A DNA stretch of 64,000 nt from Bacilli bacterium. Its GTDB lineage: Bacteria; Bacillota_I; Bacilli_A; ML615J-28; CAG-698. The stretch lies in NCBI GenBank assembly GCA_050953045.1, contig JBMNLY010000001.1:74947-138946 (forward strand), read 5' to 3'. Below are positions 28,380 through 35,638 of this stretch, one piece after another (the first letter of the stretch is position 1; the number at the start of each line of letters is the position of its first letter). Both the position numbers and the translations under genes were made by a program. The notes beneath the pieces are model-generated. The model saw nothing but the letters and a program-made list of their open reading frames with translations, did not search any database and was not told the origin of the DNA.

Positions 28380-28407
28380 GGTATTCTCATGCGAATACCT
28401 TTTTTTA
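28380..28407 (+). terminator. Rho-independent terminator ending the bcd-vor-ptb-buk operon
   Basis: GGTATTC-TCATGC-GAATACC followed by TTTTTTT. Confidence 0.6.
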
Positions 28408-28489
28408 ATTTTTAATTGTTAAAATTTTCAGATTCGTATAAGTTTTATTTACATGCAAAAAATATAACTGTAAATTTAGGAGGATGAAA

Positions 28490-28780
28490 ATGTTTAAAAA
28501 GAAAAGAAACAAAAACTCAATGCAGAATCTGGAAAGTGCGAAAGAATTTGGAAGAAACAAGGTGAACAAAGAAGACGATACAGTCTCTAATTCCGGTGGC
28601 GACGACTTAAACAAGCCGAGAAGACGTAGTTATGACGATTACGATTTTGAATTCGGAGATGATTATGTAGATAATTTTTTCACTTCCGATTATGAAAGGC
28701 AGAATTATCATCGGGAAATCGGAAAGGATGACATCACCAATCTAGAATTAGGCAAGGAAGACTGCTGCAAAGAGAAATAG
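28490..28780 (+). CDS. Small highly charged hypothetical protein
   Basis: 96 aa after AGGAGG. Basic N-terminus and acidic DDYDFEFGDDYVD core; no TM. Confidence 0.4.
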   Translation: MFKKKRNKNSMQNLESAKEFGRNKVNKEDDTVSNSGGDDLNKPRRRSYDDYDFEFGDDYVDNFFTSDYERQNYHREIGKDDITNLELGKEDCCKEK

Positions 28781-28801
28781 TATTCTTTCTAAATTTTCCG
28801 A

Positions 28802-28836
28802 AATCTAATAGCGTCAGCTATTAGATTTTTGTTTTA
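28802..28836 (+). terminator. Rho-independent terminator
   Basis: AATCTAATAGC-GTCA-GCTATTAGATT followed by a T-run. Confidence 0.5.
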
Positions 28837-28862
28837 TGAAAACATTTACATTTGAATTTTTT

Positions 28863-28891
28863 TGACTAAAAACATATTATATAGTATAATT
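28863..28891 (+). promoter_or_regulatory. Sigma-A-type promoter (TTGACT, 17 nt spacer, TATAAT) driving the riboswitch leader
   Basis: Canonical -35 TTGACT at 28863-28868 and -10 TATAAT at 28886-28891. Confidence 0.6.
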
Positions 28892-28899
28892 TAAAAAAC

Positions 28900-29098
28900 A
28901 AAAAATTGCATAACACAATTAGTTTAGAGGAAGCGGTGTAGATGAGTACAGCTTGGAGGAGACATCCAGTGAAGGGTTGGAAAGGCAACCACCGCCGAAC
29001 GGGTAACGTAGGTATACGTTAGTCGTGGGGATTTAGGGAATACCTAAGTCACTCCTACTTTATTACAAAGTAGAGGCGCTAACTTCAAAATTATTATA
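28900..29098 (+). promoter_or_regulatory. Lysine riboswitch-like (L-box) leader RNA
   Basis: Ordered matches to recalled L-box cores: AGAGGAAGCGG…GUAGAUGAGUA (P1/P2 loop-E), GGUUGGAAAGGCAACCACCGCCGAACGGGU (the CGCCGAAG junction), an AACGUAGGUAUACGUU hairpin, GGGGAUUUAGGGAAUACCUAAGUCAC (the GGGGAAUACC…CUGUCAC region), a CCUACUUU-AUUAC-AAAGUAGAGG hairpin, and a 3' P1 strand. An intrinsic terminator follows. Confidence 0.55.
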
Positions 29099-29109
29099 TA
29101 ATTTTTCTT

Positions 29110-29133
29110 GGCGTCTTGTGTGACGCTTTTTTT
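29110..29133 (+). terminator. Riboswitch expression-platform terminator
   Basis: GGCGTC-TTGTGT-GACGC followed by TTTTTTT, 30 nt upstream of the transporter RBS. Confidence 0.65.
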
Positions 29134-29163
29134 GTTTTTCTAAGACAAAAAGGAGAGAAAAAA

Positions 29164-29985
29164 ATGAAAAAGGTTTTAATTTTAACAGTTTTGTTATTAG
29201 TCTTTGTACTTGTGGGCTGTAACGACAAAGAAAGAAATTTCGATATTCCTCGTGAGGAACAATTTATTGTCGGCTTAGAAGCCAATTATCAACCCTTTAA
29301 TTGGACGGAAGATTTTTCAAGTCCCTTTAACCATCCGATCAATAATTTTTCTGGTAAATATGCTGACGGATACGATGTTCAAATCGCAAGAGCTGTTGCA
29401 GCTAGTCTAGGAAAAGTTTTGGTAATTGAAAAATTGGATTGGGATGCTTTAATTCCTTCCCTTGAAGCAAAGAAGATTGATGCAATTATTGCCGGTATGA
29501 GTCCGACTGAAGACCGGAAACAATCGGTTAACTTTACGGAAGAATACTACAAAAGCAAACATGTTGTCTTAGTCCTGGCTGACGGTGAATATACGAATGC
29601 GAAAAGCTTGAATGATTTTGCTGGAGCAACAATCGTCAGTCAACAAGGAACAATCTATGACGATTTGGTTCCGCAGCTTGTCGGTGCTACTCATGGAACA
29701 CCTTTAAAATCAGTTCCTGATATCTTAACCGGTATGCTCGGCGGAAGAATTGACGGAACCATCTTAGAGCTTCCTGTTGCTTTAGGTATCACTGCAAGCA
29801 ATCCGGAATTCAAGTATGTGGAATTGGATCCTGGTTTTGAAGTATCCGAAACCGATGTTGTTGTTTCGATTGCAGTTCGTTTGGAAGAAACCGAATTGGT
29901 TGAGGCCATCAATAAAATCTTGGAAGGAATCAGCGAGGACGTCCGTCTGAAACTAATGGAAGATGCAGTGGGTAGAGCTGAATGA
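29164..29985 (+). CDS. Amino-acid ABC transporter substrate-binding lipoprotein (family 3 SBP); putative lysine-binding from riboswitch context
   Basis: ATG after AAGGAGAG. Lipoprotein signal peptide ending in LVGC. Polar amino-acid SBP fold. Confidence 0.8.
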   Translation: MKKVLILTVLLLVFVLVGCNDKERNFDIPREEQFIVGLEANYQPFNWTEDFSSPFNHPINNFSGKYADGYDVQIARAVAASLGKVLVIEKLDWDALIPSLEAKKIDAIIAGMSPTEDRKQSVNFTEEYYKSKHVVLVLADGEYTNAKSLNDFAGATIVSQQGTIYDDLVPQLVGATHGTPLKSVPDILTGMLGGRIDGTILELPVALGITASNPEFKYVELDPGFEVSETDVVVSIAVRLEETELVEAINKILEGISEDVRLKLMEDAVGRAE

Positions 29986-31094
29986 GTAAAGAGGGCTTTC
30001 GCTTTCGGAACGTAACACTATTTCTGCTTGGAATTATTACATTATTTTTTGCGATAAAGGTTTTAAATCAGACTATTACTCCGGGTGAAATATCAATTAC
30101 ATACTATGCGAAGATAATCTTCGGGTATTTCGCCCTTCTCCTTTCCGGAGCCGGAATCTTTTTAGCTCTTTGGTTACTGATCGGTAAACCCAAACAAAAA
30201 ATATATTTTCAGATTCGGAAAATATTATTGATTGTAAGTATCACCTTTATCTGCTTTTATGTGATAGAATTTATTGCTTTTCCGGTAATAAACTCTTTAA
30301 CTAGAGTTTCAAAACTTTCGAAAATTCCTGCCAAAGAATTTTTCTTAGATTCGATGATGTTCATTGTTTTAGACTATGCGGGAGATTTTCTCAAGGGAGT
30401 ATTCATGACTTTAGAATTATCCCTGACAGGTACCGTAATCGGTTTGCTTTTTGGAATGGTTATGGTAGTTTTTCGGATTATGAAGGTTAATCCTCAGGAC
30501 AATGAAATCGTCGCCTTTTTTAAGAAACTTGGAATCGGCGCTTCAAAACTTTATATTAATGTTTTTCGCGGGACACCGATGATTGTGCAGGCAGTAATTT
30601 TATATTATCTGCTTCCGAGTGTGCTTTCTAGTTGGTTGGATATTCCAATCAGTGAAATCGATAAAATTTTAACGATTTCTGTCTCCGGAATCATTATTGT
30701 CTCTTTGAATACAACTGCCTATTTAGCGGAAGTTTTGCGGGGAGGTATTGAATCAGTCGATAAAGGTCAACTTGAGGCAGCCAGAAGTCTCGGTTTAAGT
30801 TATCCTCAAAGTATGCTTTCGGTTGTCTTTCCGCAGGCGATTAAAAACTCCCTTCCCGCCATCTGCAATGAATTTATCATCAATATCAAAGACACTTCGG
30901 TCCTAAATGTAATCGGGGTTGCGGAATTATTCTTTGTTGCGAATGCGGCTAAGCATAAATACTATCGCACTTATGAACCGTTCATTATTGTTGCTTTGAT
31001 TTACCTCTTCTTAACAATGACAACTTCAAAACTATTAGGAATCTTGGAAAGGAAACTGAACTTGCCGGCTAAAGGCCTGCCGAGTTCTAATTAA
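29982..31094 (+). CDS. Amino-acid ABC transporter permease (HisM/GlnP family) with an extra N-terminal TM extension
   Basis: EAA loop EAARSLGLSYPQSMLSVVFPQAIKNSLPAI. 370 aa. Confidence 0.8.
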   Translation: MSKEGFRFRNVTLFLLGIITLFFAIKVLNQTITPGEISITYYAKIIFGYFALLLSGAGIFLALWLLIGKPKQKIYFQIRKILLIVSITFICFYVIEFIAFPVINSLTRVSKLSKIPAKEFFLDSMMFIVLDYAGDFLKGVFMTLELSLTGTVIGLLFGMVMVVFRIMKVNPQDNEIVAFFKKLGIGASKLYINVFRGTPMIVQAVILYYLLPSVLSSWLDIPISEIDKILTISVSGIIIVSLNTTAYLAEVLRGGIESVDKGQLEAARSLGLSYPQSMLSVVFPQAIKNSLPAICNEFIINIKDTSVLNVIGVAELFFVANAAKHKYYRTYEPFIIVALIYLFLTMTTSKLLGILERKLNLPAKGLPSSN

Positions 31095-31102
31095 GGAGGT
31101 AA

Positions 31103-31840
31103 ATGATGCCGATAATTAAAATACGCAATCTAAAAAAAGCATTCGGAGATCAAGTAGTTTTAAAAGATATTAATTTGGATGTCTTAGAAGGCGAAGTTGT
31201 TTGTTTGATTGGTTCTTCCGGATCCGGAAAAAGTACGCTACTTCGTTGTTTAAATCTACTGGAAACACCGGACGGAGGCAGCATCTATTTTAACGGAGTT
31301 GATATATTAAACACCAAAATTAATTTAAATAAACTTCGCACCGAACTGGGCATGGTTTTCCAAAACTTTAATTTATTTAATAATAAAACTGTTTTAGGAA
31401 ACCTGATTTTAGCACCGATGAAGGTCTTAAAACTCAGCAAAGAAGAAGCGACTAATCGCGCACTTGAGAATTTACGAAAAGTCGGTATGGAAGAGTTTGC
31501 TGACAGAGCACCGGCGACACTTTCCGGTGGTCAAAAGCAAAGAGTCGCAATTGCTCGCGCTCTTTCTATGAATCCGAAGGTTTTACTTTTCGATGAACCA
31601 ACCTCCGCACTCGACCCGGAAATGGTCGGAGAAGTACTGCTCGTTATGAAAGACCTTGCAGCTTCAGGAATGACGATGATTGTCGTCACTCATGAAATGG
31701 CTTTTGCACGCGAAGTAGCTTCTCGGGTTATCTTTATGGATCAAGGAATCATCCTTGAAGCAGGAAAGCCAGAAGAAATTTTAGAAAATCCTCAAGAAGC
31801 CAGAACACAAGAATTTTTAAAAAGAATTTTAAATCAATAG
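31103..31840 (+). CDS. Amino-acid ABC transporter ATP-binding protein (GlnQ-like)
   Basis: Walker [10 protein letters not shown], signature [15 protein letters not shown], Walker [12 protein letters not shown]. Confidence 0.9.
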   Translation: MMPIIKIRNLKKAFGDQVVLKDINLDVLEGEVVCLIGSSGSGKSTLLRCLNLLETPDGGSIYFNGVDILNTKINLNKLRTELGMVFQNFNLFNNKTVLGNLILAPMKVLKLSKEEATNRALENLRKVGMEEFADRAPATLSGGQKQRVAIARALSMNPKVLLFDEPTSALDPEMVGEVLLVMKDLAASGMTMIVVTHEMAFAREVASRVIFMDQGIILEAGKPEEILENPQEARTQEFLKRILNQ

Positions 31841-31903
31841 TAATTATACCCAGTAATAAATATCTATGAATTTTCCGATAATAAATACAAAGGAGGAAAA
31901 TTC

Positions 31904-32128
31904 ATGGACAGAAGTAAACGAAATGCGAAGTTTTATAATGAAGGAAAAATGTTAAATATCGATGAAAATCGTGATAATTCTGAAAGAAAATATTCAGTTC
32001 CCGAGTCAACAAAACTTTCTAATAACAATGATTATCCGAATGTCGAGTTTGCTAGAGATAATCCGACTTGCGAGGAAGAATTTGAAAGGGCGCGTCGGGA
32101 ACGTAATAAAACAAAAAATTTGAAATAA
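31904..32128 (+). CDS. Small highly charged hypothetical protein
   Basis: 74-aa ORF after GGAGGAAAA. K/R/E/D/N-rich with no hydrophobic segment. Confidence 0.35.
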   Translation: MDRSKRNAKFYNEGKMLNIDENRDNSERKYSVPESTKLSNNNDYPNVEFARDNPTCEEEFERARRERNKTKNLK

Positions 32129-32129
32129 A

Positions 32130-32161
32130 GCTGAATTTCCGAAAGGAACTTCGGCTTTTTT
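32130..32161 (+). terminator. Rho-independent terminator
   Basis: GCTGAATTTCC-GAAA-GGAACTTCGGC followed by TTTTTT. Confidence 0.5.
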
Positions 32162-32395
32162 ACATACTTGGGGGAAACAATATCTAATATTTAATTATAT
32201 TTATTTGCTATTGTTGCAGCGCTTCTGAAACCCTAAAGCATCCTCGCTAATCTATAAACAGTTAAACAATAAGCCAATTTTTAATTGGTTTTTTAAATTT
32301 TAACTATCTAGTGAAAATATTATTATCTAGATAAAGTGTTATTCCTTGCAAGAGCGTGTAATTTTTGGTAAAATATCCAAAAGAGGAGGGGGTAT

Positions 32396-33490
32396 ATGTT
32401 TGATATGAATCGGGCTATTTCTGTGATTATGCATGAAATTAAAAGCCCGCTTAATGCTATTATGGGGATAGTTGAAATGGCAAAAATTAGAGGAACGACT
32501 GAAAAAAAATATCTCGAATACCTTGAACAGATTAAAAGTATTTCTATGTATATGATTTCCTTAAGTAATAATATCTTGGAAAATTTTAAACAAAATTATA
32601 AAGCGCCAAAGCAAGTTAAAGAAAATTTCTTTTTAGGTGGGCTCACGGATGAAGTGACCAATATTTTCCGATGTCAGTTCCATAAGAAAAATATGGATTT
32701 TCATTACGAAATCGATGAAGGCGGAAATTGTGTTGTTTTAGGAGACAGTTTAAAACTAAAACAAATTCTAATCAACATTCTAGCGAATTCGGTAAAATTT
32801 ACGCCAAATGGCGGCAGAATCGAGTTTTTAGTTAAGACAACACAAAATGACGTTAAGCTTGAAGCAGAGTTTAGAATCCGTGATAACGGCCCCGGTATGA
32901 GTGCCGAATTTTTAGAGCGGATTTTTCTTCCTTTTGTTCAAGAAGATAACAATAAATGCGGGACCGGCTTAGGATTGATGATTGTCCATCAATATGTTCA
33001 ACAATTGGGAGGAACGATTGATGTGAAGAGCAAAAAAGGGGAAGGTACGGAGTTTGTTGTTAATCTCAGCCTCGAATACGGCGAAAAACAAAAGCAAAGT
33101 GAGAATAATTTTTCTTCAAAAAGAATTTTGCTGGTTGATGATTCGATGATAAATCTTGAAGTTGTAAGTTTTATTTTAAAGGAAAAGGGTGTGGAAATAG
33201 ATGTTGCGAGCAACGGAAAAATTGCTTTTGATAAATTTGTGGAGTCAGATGAAAATCACTATGATTTGATTTTAATGGATATGCGGATGCCAGTTTTAAG
33301 CGGCTGTGAAGCAACAAAGGCGATTCGCACCTTAACGCGGAAGGATGCGCAAGAGATAAAAATTATCGGTTTTTCTTCAAACTCCCTCAATGAAGACATT
33401 TGTGAGGCCTTAGCAAGCGGAATGAACGATTATGTTTGTAAGCCTATTGAAGCAGCCAAACTTTATAAAATACTGGACAAATACTTGTAA
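32396..33490 (+). CDS. Cytoplasmic hybrid histidine kinase (HisKA-HATPase_c-REC) with no sensor or TM domain
   Basis: H-box HEIKSPLNAI starts at residue 13. N, G1 and G2 boxes (DNGPGM, GTGLGL). C-terminal receiver domain (LLVDDS…DLILMDMRMP…). Confidence 0.8.
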   Translation: MFDMNRAISVIMHEIKSPLNAIMGIVEMAKIRGTTEKKYLEYLEQIKSISMYMISLSNNILENFKQNYKAPKQVKENFFLGGLTDEVTNIFRCQFHKKNMDFHYEIDEGGNCVVLGDSLKLKQILINILANSVKFTPNGGRIEFLVKTTQNDVKLEAEFRIRDNGPGMSAEFLERIFLPFVQEDNNKCGTGLGLMIVHQYVQQLGGTIDVKSKKGEGTEFVVNLSLEYGEKQKQSENNFSSKRILLVDDSMINLEVVSFILKEKGVEIDVASNGKIAFDKFVESDENHYDLILMDMRMPVLSGCEATKAIRTLTRKDAQEIKIIGFSSNSLNEDICEALASGMNDYVCKPIEAAKLYKILDKYL

Positions 33491-33633
33491 GCGACAATTT
33501 CCGCTAATTTTCTTTTCTTTTTAATTGTATTGATTTTTTTGCCATTTAATAGTATAATAATAATGTCTAGTAAAATATAATTCCAATTTTTCGATTTAAT
33601 AAAAATCGGAAAATAAAGATAGAAGGTGTTAAT

Positions 33634-34284
33634 GTGGGAATTAGAGAACAAGCAAAAAAAGTAAGGGAGTCTTTAAAAGACTATCCCCATGTTGAGGTAA
33701 TTGCCGCGACCAAATACATGAATATCGAACAGACCAAAGAGTTGGTTGAGGCGGGAATCTACAATTTGGGTGAAAACCGTACCGATATGTTTCTCGAAAA
33801 ATACGAAGCACTGAAAGATAATCCGAACGTTAAATGGCATTTTTTCGGGGTTGTACAAACCCGAAAAATCAGAGATATCGCGAATAAAATTGAATGTTTG
33901 CATTCTTTAGATAAACTCTCGCTCGCAATCGAACTTGATAAGAAATTAACCAAACCTTTGGATTGCTTTGTTCAGGTTAATATTTCCGAGGAACCGAACA
34001 AAAGCGGCGTCCCGGTAAATAAGGTCAAAACCTTTATTAAACAACTGGAAAAATATCCGAAAATTCGGGTTATCGGTTTAATGTGTATTGCGAAACTGAC
34101 ATTTGATGAAGATGTTTTAAGAAAATCCTTTACAAAAATGCAGAAACTAAAAGAAGAAATAGAAAGTATGAACCTTCCTTATGCCCCCTGCCATGAATTA
34201 TCTATGGGGATGAGCAATGATTATCGGATTGCCGTTCAATACGGTGCTACGAAAGTTAGGTTGGGCAGAGTCTTTTTAATATAA
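33634..34284 (+). CDS. yggS: YggS-family pyridoxal-phosphate homeostasis protein
   Basis: GTG start. 216 aa with alanine-racemase N-terminal-like fold and the conserved AATKY lysine. Sits in the conserved position upstream of sepF. Confidence 0.75.
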   Translation: MGIREQAKKVRESLKDYPHVEVIAATKYMNIEQTKELVEAGIYNLGENRTDMFLEKYEALKDNPNVKWHFFGVVQTRKIRDIANKIECLHSLDKLSLAIELDKKLTKPLDCFVQVNISEEPNKSGVPVNKVKTFIKQLEKYPKIRVIGLMCIAKLTFDEDVLRKSFTKMQKLKEEIESMNLPYAPCHELSMGMSNDYRIAVQYGATKVRLGRVFLI

Positions 34285-34306
34285 AGAGTAATTAAGGAGT
34301 AGACAG

Positions 34307-34678
34307 ATGGGAATTTTCAAAAAAAGGAAAAAAAGCAATAAAATTGAATTTTCGGAATATAATAATAAGGAAAAAAGTGGAAAAAATCGTTCCAGTCTTC
34401 TGACCTCTTTTGATCGTATGGAATACAGCATTGTTACCGAAAATTCAAAAGAAACATTATTGAAAATATGTGATACCATTCTGTCCGGAAAAGCCGTACT
34501 TGCAAATTTTGATAAGCTCGATCCCGAGGATGCAAACGAAATGTTGCCTTTCATCTCCGGCGTTGTTTATGCGACCAGAGGGGAAATCTACCGCCTTGAT
34601 GAAAGACTGTTTCTCTTTGGACGCAAAGAAGAATTTGAAGACGGCTCATTATATCAATATGTTGAGGATACAAAATGA
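34307..34678 (+). CDS. sepF: Cell division protein SepF
   Basis: C-terminal SepF core …AVLANFDKLDPEDANEMLPFISGVVYATRGEIYRLDERLFLF… matches the SepF consensus as recalled. Confidence 0.8.
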   Translation: MGIFKKRKKSNKIEFSEYNNKEKSGKNRSSLLTSFDRMEYSIVTENSKETLLKICDTILSGKAVLANFDKLDPEDANEMLPFISGVVYATRGEIYRLDERLFLFGRKEEFEDGSLYQYVEDTK

Positions 34679-34929
34679 CCTTAAGCTTTATAATTAATAT
34701 TATTTATTTCTTACTTTTGCTTTATGGCGGCATTATGTCCTTAAGCATAATTCTTTCCTGGATACCGGGAGCTTTTGAAATCAAATTTTTCCGTCAGCTT
34801 CGAAAAATCAGCGATTGGTATTTGGGACCATTTCGCGGTAAACTGATTGTTGGTGTAATTGATTTTACTCCGATGATTGGTTTAATGATATATAGTTTTA
34901 TTATGAACCTATTAAGCATATGGATTTAA
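34675..34929 (+). CDS. YggT-family small membrane protein
   Basis: 84 aa with two TM helices. Conserved position between sepF and ylmH. Confidence 0.7.
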   Translation: MTLSFIINIIYFLLLLYGGIMSLSIILSWIPGAFEIKFFRQLRKISDWYLGPFRGKLIVGVIDFTPMIGLMIYSFIMNLLSIWI

Positions 34930-35624
34930 AAGTTGAAAATTTATTAAAAAATGGGCATCAAGGCCCAATTTTAAGTAAGTTTCTGACACTTGATGAACAA
35001 AAGAATCTGACATCGAAATCACTTCAGATCTTTTTTTCAGAAACTTATCCCGAGGAAGAAAGAAGAAGAGCCTTCCTTTGTCCGCTCGGCCTTGATATCC
35101 AACCCGATTTTCAAATTGATATCATCGAAATCAAATCCCCAAAGCCCTTGCGTCATTCTGAAATATTGGGAGCGACACTTGCGACCGGGATTTCTAGGGA
35201 AGTAGTTGGCGATATCATTGTCGGTGAAGAAAAATCGTATCTGCTTGTTACCTCAGAGATCAGCAGATACCTTTTAGATAATCTGAACAGAGTCGGGAAA
35301 TATTACGTTGAAGTTAAAAAAGTTGATAAATTGGAAGCGGTAGTAAATCAAAATTATCATTCCGCTTCCATAATTGTACCCGGGCTTCGTCTCGATAGCA
35401 TCCTTGCAAAGAGTTTGCATCTTTCTCGAGCTAATGCTCAAGAACTAATCAGAACCGGAAGGGTTAAGGTTAACGGAAAGATTAATCTTAATCGTGATTA
35501 TCTCTGCAAACAAGACGATTTGCTTTCAATCACCCGTTTTGGAAGAGTGGTTATCGGCGAGATTACGGGAAAAACAAGAAAAGATAATCTAATCCTAAAT
35601 ATTGAAATAACTAGATCAAAGTAG
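34920..35624 (+). CDS. ylmH: YlmH-like S4-domain RNA-binding protein
   Basis: S4 motif RLDSILAKSLHLSRANAQELIRTGRVKVNGK. Synteny with sepF and yggT. Confidence 0.7.
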   Translation: MDLKVENLLKNGHQGPILSKFLTLDEQKNLTSKSLQIFFSETYPEEERRRAFLCPLGLDIQPDFQIDIIEIKSPKPLRHSEILGATLATGISREVVGDIIVGEEKSYLLVTSEISRYLLDNLNRVGKYYVEVKKVDKLEAVVNQNYHSASIIVPGLRLDSILAKSLHLSRANAQELIRTGRVKVNGKINLNRDYLCKQDDLLSITRFGRVVIGEITGKTRKDNLILNIEITRSK

Positions 35625-35638
35625 ATAAGGAGAAAATC

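Noticed and set aside
28900-29098. Alternative classification of the leader as S-box (SAM-I), T-box, glycine or FMN riboswitch
   Set aside because: Partial matches exist (GGAGGAGAC, GGCAACC, CGCCGAA), but the SAM-I GGUGCCAAUUCC and GAUGAG elements, the T-box GGGUGGNACCGCG element and the FMN and glycine cores are absent. The ordered set of L-box blocks fits better.
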